Assembly (NCBI GenBank): GCA_963847625.1
Contig: CAWKAR010000027.1
Span: forward strand, 160,001-224,000
Origin: a candidate division FCPU426 bacterium
GTDB lineage: Bacteria > Oederibacteriota > Muellerivitia > Muellerivitales > Muellerivitaceae
Direction: 5' to 3'
DNA: 64,000 bases
The notes under the pieces were generated by a model. The model did no database searches and was not told the DNA's origin. It saw only the letters and a program-made list of their open reading frames with translations. Shown here piece by piece: positions 38,417 through 51,256 of this stretch (position 1 is the first letter of the stretch; every line of letters begins with the position of its first letter). The translations under genes and the position numbers were made by a program.

Positions 38417-39766
38417 ATGCCAGAACCGTTCCAAAATTTTATAACCTCCTTGCGCGACACCGGCGAGGAAGCCTTCGAGCTGGTCCTGAGGAAACCCATC
38501 AATCTCCTGGGGGCGCAGGGAGCCAAGGCCCGCCGGATGTTCCTGGACCTTCCCCTGCGGCAAAAAGTCACCATTTACGCGGGCGTCCTTTGGGTCATTC
38601 CCATCGTCATCGTCAGCCAATACGCCAGCCTTTATATGTTGAGTTTGGGGCTCTCCAAGACCGAAGTCGGGGTTTATCCGTCCCTGATGGGCCTCGTCAG
38701 CCTGGTGGGTTATTTTCTCGGCGGCTATTTGTCCGACGCCTGGGGGAGGAAGAAAACCCTCATTACTTTCGACATCCTGAGCTGGGGCGGATACTGCCTT
38801 TGTCTCGCTATGGCGTTCAACAAGTGGTGGTGCGTGGCCGCCATTTTCTTCATGGCCACCAATTCCGGGTCGACCGCGCCCTATGTCTGCCTGCTGGCCG
38901 AGGGGGTGGCCAAAAAAACCAGGCCGCTCGTTTTTTCAGTCCTGGCCATCGTCAACATGATGCCTTCCCTGGCGTTTCTCTCCCTCCTGGGCGGCATTTG
39001 GGTGAACCAGCACGGCCGTTTGAAAGCCGGCCACGAGATGTTCTGGCTTTTCTTCGCCTTCATCGCGTTGGGCATCGCGTTAAGGTGGAGATACCTCCCG
39101 AAATCCCCGACTTTCGAGAAACCGTCCGGGTCCTGGTACCGGATCTTCCGGGATGGCCTGAACCAATACCGGAAATCCCTCCGACCTTTTTTCCAAAAGA
39201 AAATCCCCCGCATCATGCTTTTTTCCAAGTTCCTGGACGAATGGATCATCTGGGCTTGGAGTATTTATTCCTCCCTTTATTTTGTCGACCATCTCGGCAT
39301 GAAGGATTCCTACCTGTCCATCCTGGGGCCCGTTTCAGCTTATCCGGCCGCCCTCGTGGTTTTTTTGTTCGTGCCCCAGCTTAAGCAAAAGCAGGTCATG
39401 AAGATTTTGGGGGTGGACCAATTGTTCGGGGTGGCCGCTTTCGCGATCCTCCTGCTGCTTTCCCCCGGGGGCAACAACATCCTCCTGGTTTGCCTGTTAT
39501 CGGCCAGCTTGTGGGCGGTCGGCGTCGCCCTTTACGGGTCGGTCAGCGCTTCCGTGTGGATGAACATCATGAGGGAAAAGGAAAGGAGCAAGGTGGTGGC
39601 GGCCTCCTACGCGGCCATCAAGCTCGGCCTTTTGACCGGGGCTCTCGGCGCCCTTGTTTACGGGAAAATCTCGCCTGTGGTTTTGCTTTATTTGATGATC
39701 GGCCTGAGAATTTTAAATTTTTACCTTTTACGGCGCGCGTCAAAGCTTCTCCTGAAAACTTCATAA
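38417..39766 (+). CDS. MFS transporter
   Basis: GGYLSDAWGRKK motif A; about 12 TM. Confidence 0.88.
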   Translation: MPEPFQNFITSLRDTGEEAFELVLRKPINLLGAQGAKARRMFLDLPLRQKVTIYAGVLWVIPIVIVSQYASLYMLSLGLSKTEVGVYPSLMGLVSLVGYFLGGYLSDAWGRKKTLITFDILSWGGYCLCLAMAFNKWWCVAAIFFMATNSGSTAPYVCLLAEGVAKKTRPLVFSVLAIVNMMPSLAFLSLLGGIWVNQHGRLKAGHEMFWLFFAFIALGIALRWRYLPKSPTFEKPSGSWYRIFRDGLNQYRKSLRPFFQKKIPRIMLFSKFLDEWIIWAWSIYSSLYFVDHLGMKDSYLSILGPVSAYPAALVVFLFVPQLKQKQVMKILGVDQLFGVAAFAILLLLSPGGNNILLVCLLSASLWAVGVALYGSVSASVWMNIMREKERSKVVAASYAAIKLGLLTGALGALVYGKISPVVLLYLMIGLRILNFYLLRRASKLLLKTS

Positions 39767-39789
39767 ACCTATAGCAATAAAGGAACAGT

Positions 39790-40662
39790 GTGGGATACCT
39801 ATACGCGTTGGCGGCTTTCGCCTGCATCGGCAGTTACCTGGTGCCTGTGCGTTTTTCCACGGCCAAGGGGATTTCCTTCCTGCCCCTCATGGGCCTGGGA
39901 ATGCTGCTTTTGGAATTATTCCGGTGGGGCTCCATCGGAGCGCTTTGGATCCATCCCCTATGGTTTTGGGGCAGTCTGGTGTCGGGTTTCCTATGGGTTT
40001 TAGGGCAGGGATTTGGCAACCTGGCCCTGGAGGAAATCAGCCTGGCAAAAGCCGCCGCTTTCTACAACACCAACACTTTCATCAACATGGGGCTGGGTTT
40101 GGCCCTTTTTAAGGAAGCCTCGGGTTGGAGGTCCTACCTGTTGTTGCTGGCGGGCGGGTGCCTGCTTTTCACGGGAGCCCTCTGGGTCTCCCGGGCGGCC
40201 GCGGTCCCGGCCAAGGAAAAAAACCTGAAAAGGGGAATTTGGCTGAGCTTATGCGCCGGGTTCTTCTGGGGGATTTATTTCGTCCCGGTCAAGGCGCTCC
40301 AGGTCTTCTCGCCGGAACCGTCCCTTTCCTCCCTGGACGTCCTCACGGGCCTTGTATTGGGAGGAGGGATACCCGCCCTGGGCTTGGGTTTGTTTCAAAA
40401 CCGAAGGATCTGGACCTTGCGGAATGTGGGCTGGGGCGTCGTATGCGCCTTTTTATGGAACGTGGGCACTTTCTTTTTCCTAATGGCCATCCAAACGCTG
40501 GGACTTTCCCGCGCGGTTCCCGTGGTCAACTCCAACAGCCTGGTTTACGCGGCCTGGTCCTTTTTTGTGTTTAAGGAACTGCCCTTATCCCAAGGCGGAA
40601 AAGTTCTGGGCGGGACTTTATTGGCCATCTTGGGAATCATTTTCTTGGCCTGTTCCGCTTAA
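39790..40662 (+). CDS. DMT-superfamily (GRP/EamA-like) transporter
   Basis: Two 5-TM repeats, GSY.VP, GIYFVP, FKE motifs. Confidence 0.75.
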   Translation: MGYLYALAAFACIGSYLVPVRFSTAKGISFLPLMGLGMLLLELFRWGSIGALWIHPLWFWGSLVSGFLWVLGQGFGNLALEEISLAKAAAFYNTNTFINMGLGLALFKEASGWRSYLLLLAGGCLLFTGALWVSRAAAVPAKEKNLKRGIWLSLCAGFFWGIYFVPVKALQVFSPEPSLSSLDVLTGLVLGGGIPALGLGLFQNRRIWTLRNVGWGVVCAFLWNVGTFFFLMAIQTLGLSRAVPVVNSNSLVYAAWSFFVFKELPLSQGGKVLGGTLLAILGIIFLACSA

Positions 40663-40773
40663 AAAACCAGCGTGTTTTCTGTTGCGCTGATACAAAAAAT
40701 TATAATTTCCCCATGGAATCCCGGCTGTTTATAGCTTGAAACTTCGTGTTGAAACCCACATAATCATTTTTCC

Positions 40774-41349
40774 ATGAAAAATCAAAATAATATCGCACTC
40801 AAGGAATGGGCGGTCATCCTCAAGGCGCTGGAGGAAGGCAAACAGACCATCCTTTTGGGCAAGGACGGCGTCCGGGAAGAGGGAGGGGAATACCAACCCG
40901 AGCATCCGGAATTTTTCCTTTACCCGACCCTGGAGCAGGAGTCCAAACAGGGGATCAAGCCGGACTGGCGCCCGAGGCTCGCGGCCATCGAGCGGGAAAA
41001 CAAGGACCCCAAGCGGATCCATTTCCGGCTCTATGCCATTTTGGAGAAGGCGCAAAAGATAACCGATTGGGAGATTTGCAAGCGGATCGTCCCCTTTACG
41101 GTTTTCAGCGAGGATGCGGTTGAAAAACGCTTCAACGGCGGGGATTGGCAAGGGGTCTATCTTTTCGTCGTGCGCGCCTTTTCCCTGCCCGTCCCGTTGG
41201 ACCTTCCCGTGAAACCCTCCTATGAGGGGTGCAAAACATGGGTGCCCCTGGAGACGTCCATGTTTACGGCCGGGTCCCTTCCCGTGATTCCAGACGGCGC
41301 ATGGCCCTACACCCAGGGCAGTATTTTAAAGATGCTGAAAGCCGTTTAA
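40774..41349 (+). CDS. DUF1802 family protein
   Basis: ALKEW..AL..G.Q, FFLYPT, Y.GCKTW. Confidence 0.8.
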   Translation: MKNQNNIALKEWAVILKALEEGKQTILLGKDGVREEGGEYQPEHPEFFLYPTLEQESKQGIKPDWRPRLAAIERENKDPKRIHFRLYAILEKAQKITDWEICKRIVPFTVFSEDAVEKRFNGGDWQGVYLFVVRAFSLPVPLDLPVKPSYEGCKTWVPLETSMFTAGSLPVIPDGAWPYTQGSILKMLKAV

Positions 41350-41387
41350 TCCCGAACAGGAAATCTTTCCAATCGCAAGAGATGACC

Positions 41388-42227
41388 ATGAAACTCAAGC
41401 CGGCCGTCGCGGGCCAATTCTATCCCGGGGTAAAGAAGGAACTGGAAGGGGTTTTGGAAACCTTCCGGAGCCAGGCCGCCCCGGCCCCCTTGCCGGGTGA
41501 ACCGGTTGGATTGCTCCTCCCCCACGCCGGTTATCCCTATTCGGGCGCCGTGGCTGCCCTGGGTTATCTTTCCCTCGCTCCATTCGACATTGAAACGGTA
41601 GTGGTCGCGGGCCCCAGCCATTATGTTTCCTTCAACGGCATCTCGATCTTCGCGGGGGAAGCGGCCCTGACCCCCTTGGGGGAACTGCAGGTGGACCAGG
41701 AAGCCTGCCGGATTCTATTGGATTCTGACCGGCATTTCGCCGAATTTAAACCGGCATTCTCCCGGGAACATTCCGTGGAGGTCCATTTCCCCTTGATCCA
41801 GTCTTTCCTGCCGGGAGCCAAGGTCGTGCCCCTGGTCCTGGGCCAGGGGTTGGAAGACACCGCGGAACCGCTTGTTCAGGCTTTGGGGGCCTTGCGGAAG
41901 AAAAAACCGTTCCTGTTCGTCGCCTCCTCCGACCTTTCGCACTTTCCCGACTACGACACGGCCAACAAGGCGGACCGGCAATTCCTGAAAGCCCTGCTGA
42001 GCGGGGACGAGAAAAAAGTCCAACAAACCGACGAGAAAATCATGTCCAGCGGCCTCAGGAATTACCACTGCACCCATTGCGGAAGGGAACCCGTGGCGGC
42101 GCTGCTGAAGTGGGCCCGGGAAGTAAACGCGGGAAATATCCGCGAATTGCTTTACAGGAACTCAGGCGATGTCACCGGGGACCGTTCGCGCGTGGTGGGT
42201 TATTCCGCCGTGGCGTTTTGCAAATAA
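41388..42227 (+). CDS. AmmeMemoRadiSam system protein B (MEMO1 family)
   Basis: PAVAGQFYP, PHAGY.YSG, GPSH, EHS.EV, SSDLSH, SGD..RVVGY. Confidence 0.92.
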   Translation: MKLKPAVAGQFYPGVKKELEGVLETFRSQAAPAPLPGEPVGLLLPHAGYPYSGAVAALGYLSLAPFDIETVVVAGPSHYVSFNGISIFAGEAALTPLGELQVDQEACRILLDSDRHFAEFKPAFSREHSVEVHFPLIQSFLPGAKVVPLVLGQGLEDTAEPLVQALGALRKKKPFLFVASSDLSHFPDYDTANKADRQFLKALLSGDEKKVQQTDEKIMSSGLRNYHCTHCGREPVAALLKWAREVNAGNIRELLYRNSGDVTGDRSRVVGYSAVAFCK

Positions 42228-42490
42228 ACAAGAAACGGTTCATGAGTGAATAAGCCTGTTTGAAGCTTGAGCATTCCACCGCAACACGGGGGACCTAGGA
42301 CCAGCCTCGTTGAAAGGGGAATGGTTCGGTTTTATAATGCCGTAAATCCTTGTTTAAATGTGACGGTCTTGACCTTAAAATCAGGGCCTCGCAATGCCAT
42401 TACAACCCTGCCCTTGAAAAGCCGGTTGAAACTTCTCATGATGACTTGTGAAAAACGCCGGATATTAAGAAGAACCCATGGAGATGGTTC

Positions 42491-42994
42491 ATGATTGAGA
42501 TGAAAGTGAGGGGAATCGCGGTGGATCCCCAGCTAAAAACCCCCGCGGTGATCCTGACCGACGAGGAGGAAAAGCGGTACCTGCCCATTTGGATCGGCGT
42601 GGCGGAGGCCACGGCCATTTTTATCCAATTGAACGAGCAAACCCTCCCCCGGCCGATGACCCATGACCTTCTCAAGACCGTCATCGAGACCCTCGGGGCC
42701 AAGGTGAACAAGGTTTTGGTCAACGACATCAACCAGAACACCTTCTTCGCCCGGATTTACCTCGAGCTTCCTGAAATGGGGGAAAGATTCGACATCGACG
42801 CCAGGCCTTCGGACGCCATCGCCCTGGCCCTTCGCACGAACTCCCCCATATTCGTGGCGGAAAAAGTGGTGGTCAACGCCACCATCGTGGACAAGGATAA
42901 ATATAAGGAAGAAATGAGCGAGTTTAAAAAATTCCTCGAGAATCTCACACCGACCGACTTTAAGGACATCTCAGGACCGGCTGCGGAGAGTTGA
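42491..42994 (+). CDS. Bifunctional nuclease family protein (DUF151)
   Basis: LPIWIG..EA, RPMTHDL, DARPSDAIALA. Confidence 0.92.
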   Translation: MIEMKVRGIAVDPQLKTPAVILTDEEEKRYLPIWIGVAEATAIFIQLNEQTLPRPMTHDLLKTVIETLGAKVNKVLVNDINQNTFFARIYLELPEMGERFDIDARPSDAIALALRTNSPIFVAEKVVVNATIVDKDKYKEEMSEFKKFLENLTPTDFKDISGPAAES

Positions 42995-43133
42995 CCAGGC
43001 AAACCCGGGCAACAGTGAGCCCGGACTTCAAGCCGGAAATTCCCATGATGAAGGTCCATTCCGCTTTATTTTCCAAGTGGGTGGGGACTTGGACCGTCTG
43101 ACACCCTTGGAGTGATCCAGAAGAGGAGATGAG

Positions 43134-43466
43134 GTGTACGCGTCGAACCCGGTTTCCGGCCGTTTAACTTTGACGGACGCCCATTTTATCCTATTGTTCC
43201 ACACCACCCATGAGACCATGCATGCCGAATCGATCTTGAAAGGCGACCGCCTGCGGTTCAAGTTGATTCCCAGGCCCCGGGCCATCCAGGATGACTGCGG
43301 ATTGGGTTTGGTCATCGTCAAGGAGGACAGGAGCCGGGTCGAGTTTCTCCTGAAAGCCTCGGAAATCTACATCAAAGCCGCATTCCATGTGGAAAAGGAT
43401 GGAAATTGGACAAGGGAAGATTATCCACAAGCGCCAATCTATTACGACTCTCCACCCTCGGGCTGA
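43134..43466 (+). CDS. DUF3343 family protein
   Basis: F.TTH..M.AE..LK, IP.PR.I..CG; start may be TTG 43170. Confidence 0.7.
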   Translation: MYASNPVSGRLTLTDAHFILLFHTTHETMHAESILKGDRLRFKLIPRPRAIQDDCGLGLVIVKEDRSRVEFLLKASEIYIKAAFHVEKDGNWTREDYPQAPIYYDSPPSG

Positions 43467-43654
43467 ATTTCAGCTTTTCCATATTCCTGGGAATGGGTTT
43501 GGGATGGTGCCTCTATAAATGGCTGCACCTGGGGGGATGGATCATCATCGCCGGCTTATTAATCGGCGTTATTACCAGCTATGTCCTTTTAATAGAAGAT
43601 TTAAGAGCCCTCACCTCCACCTCCGGAACAACTCCAGATGAGAAAAAAGAATAA
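43406..43654 (+). CDS. AtpZ/AtpI (ATPase gene 1) family protein
   Basis: Two TM helices with G.GLG; first gene of the atp operon. Confidence 0.75.
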   Translation: MDKGRLSTSANLLRLSTLGLNFSFSIFLGMGLGWCLYKWLHLGGWIIIAGLLIGVITSYVLLIEDLRALTSTSGTTPDEKKE

Positions 43655-44060
43655 TTATTCCAACGCGGGTTTAACCCTAAAGCCTTTTTTTTGGAGAACC
43701 TGCCTGGGGACCCTGCTGGGAGGAATTCTTTTCGGCGCGGGCGCTTTTTTCACGGGCCGGGCCCACCTGGCATTGGGCTTTTTGCTGGGAGCTTTATTGT
43801 CCGTTTTGAATTTCCTGCTCTTGAATACGTTGGTCGTGAAAGTATTGGCGGCGGGCGGCGGGAAAGGAAGCAAGATTTTCTGGACCCAGCAAATCCTTCG
43901 TTGGCTCGCATTTGCCTTGATTATTTTGGTCCTGGTCCGTATTTCCTTCTCCTGCCTTTTAGGGGCGCTGGGCAGTTATCTTTGGTTCCTGGCGGTCCTG
44001 GCATGGCTGGGCTGGCAAGCCGCCCGCGCCAGAAAAAATATTAAACTTACCGCCGGATAA
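43638..44060 (+). CDS. atpI: ATP synthase subunit I
   Basis: Four TM helices, G..LS.LNF, conserved R; position before atpB. Confidence 0.75.
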   Translation: MRKKNNYSNAGLTLKPFFWRTCLGTLLGGILFGAGAFFTGRAHLALGFLLGALLSVLNFLLLNTLVVKVLAAGGGKGSKIFWTQQILRWLAFALIILVLVRISFSCLLGALGSYLWFLAVLAWLGWQAARARKNIKLTAG

Positions 44061-44271
44061 TAATTTTTTACGCCAAAAAATATTTTTGAAGGCGCAATTA
44101 CCCGCTTTTAAATAGCGTTGACCATTCGAGAAACCCCCATTAGACTACCCCTTGTTTTTCTGGGGAGAAATTTTTCTCAAAGTTTGCGGCGAGTCCCAAC
44201 ACCTTCCTTCATTTATTCTCCCGAACTTTCTGATCCATCATCGTTAAACGATTTGAGAAAGGCTCCAGTCC

Positions 44272-45102
44272 ATGCATGAGGCTGAGAACCCCATAATCAT
44301 TCCCACCCGTCTTTTCGCTTTCCTTGGTTTTGACAATTTCATCAACCCCTACACCGTCGCCCTGCTCGCCTTCGGCCTGGTGTTTCTTTTGATGTGGAGG
44401 GCCCGCTCGAACATGAAATTAGTGCCCACCGGGGCGCAAAATTTCGTGGAAATGGTTTTCGATTTCGTGCAGAACCTGGCCGAACCCCTCGTCGGCAAGC
44501 ACACCCGGTTTTTCTTCCCCTTGTTTCTCATACTTTTCTTATTCATCTTTTTCGGGAACCTGATGGGGTTGGTGCCCGGCCTGGTTTCGCCCACCAGCCG
44601 CCTGGAAGTCAATGCGGGCATGGCCTTGACGGTGTTTTTCTCCACCCACCTTTGGGGCGTCAAAGAAAAGGGCCTCAAGTATTTCAAGCATTTTCTGCCG
44701 CCTAAAATACCGGCCAACTCGCCTAACTTCTTCCTGAACCTTTTGATGAGGATCATCTACCTGGTGCTTCTGGTGTTAATGCCCATCATCCACGTCATTG
44801 GGGAACTGGTGAAGCCCGTCTCGCTTACCTTTCGTTTATTCGGCAACATGATGGCCAAGGAGAAACTTCTGGCCATCCTGGTCTTCCTGGTCACCGTGTT
44901 TTGGGACCAAAACCTTGCCCTGAAGATCGCGTCCTCCTTTCCCTTCCTTTTAAGGGTGGCCATCGTGATCCTGGGTGTTTTCGTCTCTTTCGTCCAGGCT
45001 TTCGTATTCATGCTTTTGGCCATGGTTTACATCGGGGGGGCCGTCCAATCCCATGAGGGCCATGAGGAAGGCGGGGAAGATCACGGCCACGCCGTTTCTT
45101 AA
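44272..45102 (+). CDS. atpB: ATP synthase Fo subunit a
   Basis: PTG.QN..E, SLTFRLFGN, QAFVF. Confidence 0.96.
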   Translation: MHEAENPIIIPTRLFAFLGFDNFINPYTVALLAFGLVFLLMWRARSNMKLVPTGAQNFVEMVFDFVQNLAEPLVGKHTRFFFPLFLILFLFIFFGNLMGLVPGLVSPTSRLEVNAGMALTVFFSTHLWGVKEKGLKYFKHFLPPKIPANSPNFFLNLLMRIIYLVLLVLMPIIHVIGELVKPVSLTFRLFGNMMAKEKLLAILVFLVTVFWDQNLALKIASSFPFLLRVAIVILGVFVSFVQAFVFMLLAMVYIGGAVQSHEGHEEGGEDHGHAVS

Positions 45103-45555
<453 letters not shown>

Positions 45556-45571
45556 GTCTGATAAAGAAACC

Positions 45572-45600
45572 TCGCCCAGGGGTCCAAGACCCCTGGGCGA
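45572..45600. promoter_or_regulatory. 13-bp perfect hairpin between atpE and atpF
   Basis: TCGCCCAGGGGTC-CAA-GACCCCTGGGCGA; no T-tail. Confidence 0.55.
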
Positions 45601-45621
45601 ACATCTTGGAAGAGGGACGAC

Positions 45622-46110
45622 ATGGAATTCAACGTCAATTTTTTCATTCTGCAGCTGGTCACCTTCGCGATCGGAATATGGCTGTCCACCCTGATTTTTA
45701 TTCCGTACCTGAAAAATTGGATGAAAAGCCGCCAAAAACGCATTGAGGACCAGCTCAACAACGCCGAAAAGCGGCAAAAAGAATCGGAAGTCCTCAAGGC
45801 GGATTTGGAACGCAAGCTGAAGGATCTCGAGCAAAAAGCCACGGAGACCCTGCAAGAAGCCCGTAAGGAAGCCGGACGGATGAAAGACGATATTGTCCAG
45901 GCCGCGCGCAAGGAAGCGGACCTTTTCCTGGCGGACGCCCGGAAAACTATCGAGAACGAGAGCCAGGCGGTATCCCGCTCCCTTCAAAAGGAAGTCGGCA
46001 CCTTGGCTGTCGCCATCGCCGAAAAGCTCATCCGTTCCTCGATCGACGCCAAAGTGCAGGAGAAAATCGTGCAGGAAAGCATCAGGGAAATAAACGCCCA
46101 GAAGAATTAA
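45622..46110 (+). CDS. atpF: ATP synthase Fo subunit b
   Basis: N-terminal TM then coiled coil; operon position. Confidence 0.92.
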   Translation: MEFNVNFFILQLVTFAIGIWLSTLIFIPYLKNWMKSRQKRIEDQLNNAEKRQKESEVLKADLERKLKDLEQKATETLQEARKEAGRMKDDIVQAARKEADLFLADARKTIENESQAVSRSLQKEVGTLAVAIAEKLIRSSIDAKVQEKIVQESIREINAQKN

Positions 46111-46133
46111 TCCGGCAGTCCCAGGAGTAGAAC

Positions 46134-46679
46134 ATGGAATCGGTCATCGCCGAGAAGTACGCCGTAGCCCTTTTGCAGGTGGCCCGCGAAATGAAAACCG
46201 TGGACGCGCTTGGCGCCGAAATCCAATCCGTGCAGGATCTCGTGGATTCCTATCCCGACCTCAAGGCGACGCTGGAGCATCCCCGGATCAAATCCCAGGA
46301 AAAGTTGGACGCTTTAAAGGCCCTTTTGGGCAACAAGCTTTCCCAGACCCTGGAAAATTTCCTCCGGCTCCTCCTGGCCAAGAAACGCATCAAGCACTTG
46401 AAGGCCGTCACGGAGCATTACGAACGCCTTTGCCTGCAGATGCAGGGAAAGGCTGCCGCCCGGGTTATGACGGCCATGCCTTTGTCCGCTTCCCAGAAAG
46501 AAGCCCTTTCCCAGAAACTCACCCAGATGTTCGGCTTGACGGTCGAACTGAAGGAGGAAGTCAAGCCGGATTTGATCGGGGGCATGATGGTTTACCTGGG
46601 AGACCAGCGCATGGACGGCAGCATTCTGGGACAACTGGAAAAGATGAAACAACGGTTGACAAAAGTGGAGATCGATTAA
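46134..46679 (+). CDS. atpH: ATP synthase F1 subunit delta
   Basis: YA.AL, LIGG....GD..DGS. Confidence 0.94.
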   Translation: MESVIAEKYAVALLQVAREMKTVDALGAEIQSVQDLVDSYPDLKATLEHPRIKSQEKLDALKALLGNKLSQTLENFLRLLLAKKRIKHLKAVTEHYERLCLQMQGKAAARVMTAMPLSASQKEALSQKLTQMFGLTVELKEEVKPDLIGGMMVYLGDQRMDGSILGQLEKMKQRLTKVEID

Positions 46680-46727
46680 GCCGTTTTAATATCGTGGTTA
46701 TAACATAAGAAATTCGGGAGGTTCGCC

Positions 46728-48230
46728 GTGGCCATCCAAGCTGATGAAGTGACAAAAATATTAAAAACCCGCATCAAGGAATTCAAACCCGAGGCGGAAC
46801 TCAACCAGGTCGGGGAGGTCATCAAGGTCGGCGACGGCGTGGCCGTCGTATACGGCTTGAAAAACGCCATGGCGGGGGAACTGCTGAAATTCCCCAACGA
46901 TGTTTATGGCATCGTTTTCAACCTGGAGACGGATTCGGTGGGCGTGGTGCTCATGGGGGAATCCCAGAAGGTCCAAGAGGGGGATCCCGTGTCCTTGACG
47001 GGCCGCATCTCGGAAGTGCCAACGGGGAGGGAACTTTTGGGCCGCGTGGTCAACCCCCTTGGAATTCCGCTGGACGGAAAGGGCCCCTTGAACGCCTCTT
47101 CCAGCCGCCGCATCGAGTTTCGGGCCCCGGGCGTGGTTCAAAGGCAGCCGGTCAAGGAACCGCTTCATACCGGCATCAAGGCCATTGATTGCATGATCCC
47201 GATCGGCCGGGGACAACGGGAGCTCATCATCGGGGACCGGCAAACCGGAAAAACCGCCATCGCCCTGGACACCATCCTGAACCAAAAAGGAAAGGACGTG
47301 GTTTGCGTCTATGTGGCCATCGGCCAGAAACAATCCACCGTCGCGCAGGTCGCCCGCACGCTGGAAGAGCACGACGCCCTGAAGTATTGCATCATCGTCT
47401 CGGCCACTGCCTCCACCCCGGCGCCCTTGCAGTACATCGCCCCCTATTCCGGCTGCGCCATGGCGGAGGAATTCACCTATAAGGGCGGCCATTCCCTGGT
47501 GGTTTACGACGACTTATCCAAGCAAGCCGTGGCTTACCGTGAATTATCCCTGCTCCTTCGCAGGCCGCCGGGCCGGGAAGCCTATCCAGGAGACGTTTTC
47601 TACCTCCATTCCCGGTTGTTGGAGCGCGCCTGCAAACTCAACGAAAAACTTGGCGGCGGTTCCTTGACGGCTCTTCCCATCATCGAAACCCAGGCCGGGG
47701 ACGTGACGGCTTATATTCCCACGAACGTCATTTCCATCACGGATGGGCAGATCTACCTGGAATCCAACCTGTTTTACTCCGGCGTGCGGCCCGCCATCAA
47801 TGTCGGCATTTCAGTGTCCCGCGTGGGCGGCAACGCGCAAACCAAGGCCACGAAAAAGGTGGCGGGCAGGTTGAAGCTGGACATGGGACAGTACAACGAA
47901 CTGGCGGCTTTCGCCCAGTTCGGGGCCGAGCTGGACAAGGTATCCATGTCGCAATTAAGCCGGGGCGCCCACATGGTGGAACTCCTCAAGCAACCCCAGT
48001 ATTCCCCCATGATAATGGAGGAACAGGTCGCGTCGGTTTTTGCGGGAGTGAATGGATATATGGACGGCCTCCCCATCGAGAAAGTCAAACCCTTTGAAGC
48101 GGGTCTTTTGTCCTTCCTGAAGAACAAGCGCCCGGAAATTCTCAAGGACATCAGGGACAAGAACGACCTGACGGACGACAACAAGGCGAAACTAGTGGCG
48201 GCCATTGAGGAATTCGCGAAAACCTTTTGA
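46728..48230 (+). CDS. atpA: ATP synthase F1 subunit alpha
   Basis: [29 protein letters not shown]. Confidence 0.98.
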   Translation: MAIQADEVTKILKTRIKEFKPEAELNQVGEVIKVGDGVAVVYGLKNAMAGELLKFPNDVYGIVFNLETDSVGVVLMGESQKVQEGDPVSLTGRISEVPTGRELLGRVVNPLGIPLDGKGPLNASSSRRIEFRAPGVVQRQPVKEPLHTGIKAIDCMIPIGRGQRELIIGDRQTGKTAIALDTILNQKGKDVVCVYVAIGQKQSTVAQVARTLEEHDALKYCIIVSATASTPAPLQYIAPYSGCAMAEEFTYKGGHSLVVYDDLSKQAVAYRELSLLLRRPPGREAYPGDVFYLHSRLLERACKLNEKLGGGSLTALPIIETQAGDVTAYIPTNVISITDGQIYLESNLFYSGVRPAINVGISVSRVGGNAQTKATKKVAGRLKLDMGQYNELAAFAQFGAELDKVSMSQLSRGAHMVELLKQPQYSPMIMEEQVASVFAGVNGYMDGLPIEKVKPFEAGLLSFLKNKRPEILKDIRDKNDLTDDNKAKLVAAIEEFAKTF

Positions 48231-48243
48231 GGAGTCTTAATCA

Positions 48244-49107
48244 TTGGCACAGATTAGGGAAATCAAACAACGCCTGAAAAACGCCAAAAATATCAACCAG
48301 ATCACCATGGCCATGAAAATGGTGGCCACGGCAAGGTTGAAACGGGCCCAACAGCGCATCCTGGGAGCCCGGCCTTACGCTTTCCGCATGACAGACGTGA
48401 TCAAAAATCTCGCATCCAGTGTCAGCGAGGATGAGCATCCCTTACTGGCTGTGAGGGATAAAGGACCGACCGCTCTATTGGTCGTGACAGCTGACAGGGG
48501 ATTTTGCGGCAGTTTCAACGCCAATATCTTCCGCCGGGCACAGGCCTATATCAAGGAAAACCCGGATACGGTTCTTCTCGTAGTGGGAAAGAAGGGCCGG
48601 GATTTCTTCAAGAGGCGAAACTACAACATCCGCAGGGAATGGCTTCAGATCTTTCCCCAGGTTTCCTTCGAGACGATCCAGGAAATGCGGGATCAGATCG
48701 AAACCCATTATGTCAAGGAAGGCTTTAAATCCGTCCTGACCCTTTACAACGAGTTCAAGAGTGTTGTCCAGCAGAAGGTCATCTTGGAAACCCTCTTGCC
48801 CCTGAAGATTTCCGGGGAACAAACCGAAGGGAAAACCAATTATATCGGGGGGGATTACGCCTTTGAGCCGGATGTGAACACGATCCTGGATTCGCTGCTT
48901 TCCAAGTACCTGGCCACCGAAATCCACCGGATTTTACTGGAGAGCTTTTCCTCGGAAATGGGGGCCAGGCGCAACGCCATGGAAGCCGCCACCAAGAACG
49001 CCAAGGAAATGATCGGCAAGTTGACCCTGGAATTCAACCGGGCCCGCCAGGCCATCATCACCAAGGAAATTTCCGAGATCGTGGGCGGCGCCGAAGCGCT
49101 TAAATGA
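48244..49107 (+). CDS. atpG: ATP synthase F1 subunit gamma
   Basis: ITMAMKMVA, DRGFCG.FN, NRARQA.IT.EI. Confidence 0.97.
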   Translation: MAQIREIKQRLKNAKNINQITMAMKMVATARLKRAQQRILGARPYAFRMTDVIKNLASSVSEDEHPLLAVRDKGPTALLVVTADRGFCGSFNANIFRRAQAYIKENPDTVLLVVGKKGRDFFKRRNYNIRREWLQIFPQVSFETIQEMRDQIETHYVKEGFKSVLTLYNEFKSVVQQKVILETLLPLKISGEQTEGKTNYIGGDYAFEPDVNTILDSLLSKYLATEIHRILLESFSSEMGARRNAMEAATKNAKEMIGKLTLEFNRARQAIITKEISEIVGGAEALK

Positions 49108-49147
49108 TATTTTGAGTTTTTTAGAATAAAAAGATTTTAGAAATTAA

Positions 49148-50581
<1,434 letters not shown>

Positions 50582-50599
50582 AAGAAGGCGGTAGGGAAA

Positions 50600-51019
50600 A
50601 TGGCGAACAGCTTAAAATTTCAAGTGGCCGCTCCTGACCGGCCCGCCCTCGATGAGGAAGTGAATTCGGTCATCCTTCCGGGCGGCATGGGGGAATTCGG
50701 GGTTCTGCCGCGGCATATGAAGTTTCTTTCCACACTCAAACCAGGAACACTTCAGGTCCTCAAGGGCCAGCAAAGGGATCTTTATTTTGTCTCAGGGGGG
50801 TTTGTCGAGGTAAACCCGGACTCCGTGATTGTTTTGGCGGAGGCCTACGAAAAAGCGGAGGAAATCGACGTGGAAAGGGCCCAAAAGGCCAAAAAACTGG
50901 CCGAGGAAAAACTGGCTGAGAAAAAAGATGCCGGCGAGGTGGTGCAGGCAAAAGCTTCCTTGGCCAGGGCCGTAGCCCGTTTAAAGGTCGTCGAGGAATC
51001 GAAAAAAGCCAAAAAATAA
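50600..51019 (+). CDS. atpC: ATP synthase F1 subunit epsilon
   Basis: GEFGVLP.H, SGGF.EV, EIDVERA. Confidence 0.95.
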   Translation: MANSLKFQVAAPDRPALDEEVNSVILPGGMGEFGVLPRHMKFLSTLKPGTLQVLKGQQRDLYFVSGGFVEVNPDSVIVLAEAYEKAEEIDVERAQKAKKLAEEKLAEKKDAGEVVQAKASLARAVARLKVVEESKKAKK

Positions 51020-51256
51020 GAATTAAAAACCTTTGAAAAATTTGAATTTCAAAACACTCCAAAAGGTTGAATACATTCCGTGCGGAAGAAAAAAAGGCCT
51101 AGAAGGACAAAACACAATTCTTTTTCAAAAAAATAAAAATATAGTTTTTTTGATATTCCTTCGCACTTTTCTCGCTATTGCTAATGGTTCCCTTGAGTTC
51201 ATGTTGTAATAAACGGTAAAATATTCCTGTTTTTCACGTATTAAAAGGTGTTGCTC

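Noticed and set aside
42267..42330. Possible riboswitch upstream of the DUF151 gene
   Set aside because: Only one weak stem (GAGCATTCC/GGAATGGTTC); no consensus recognised
43046..43168. Small ORF with in-frame TGA (selenoprotein) upstream of DUF3343
   Set aside because: No redox motif, RBS or clear SECIS hairpin
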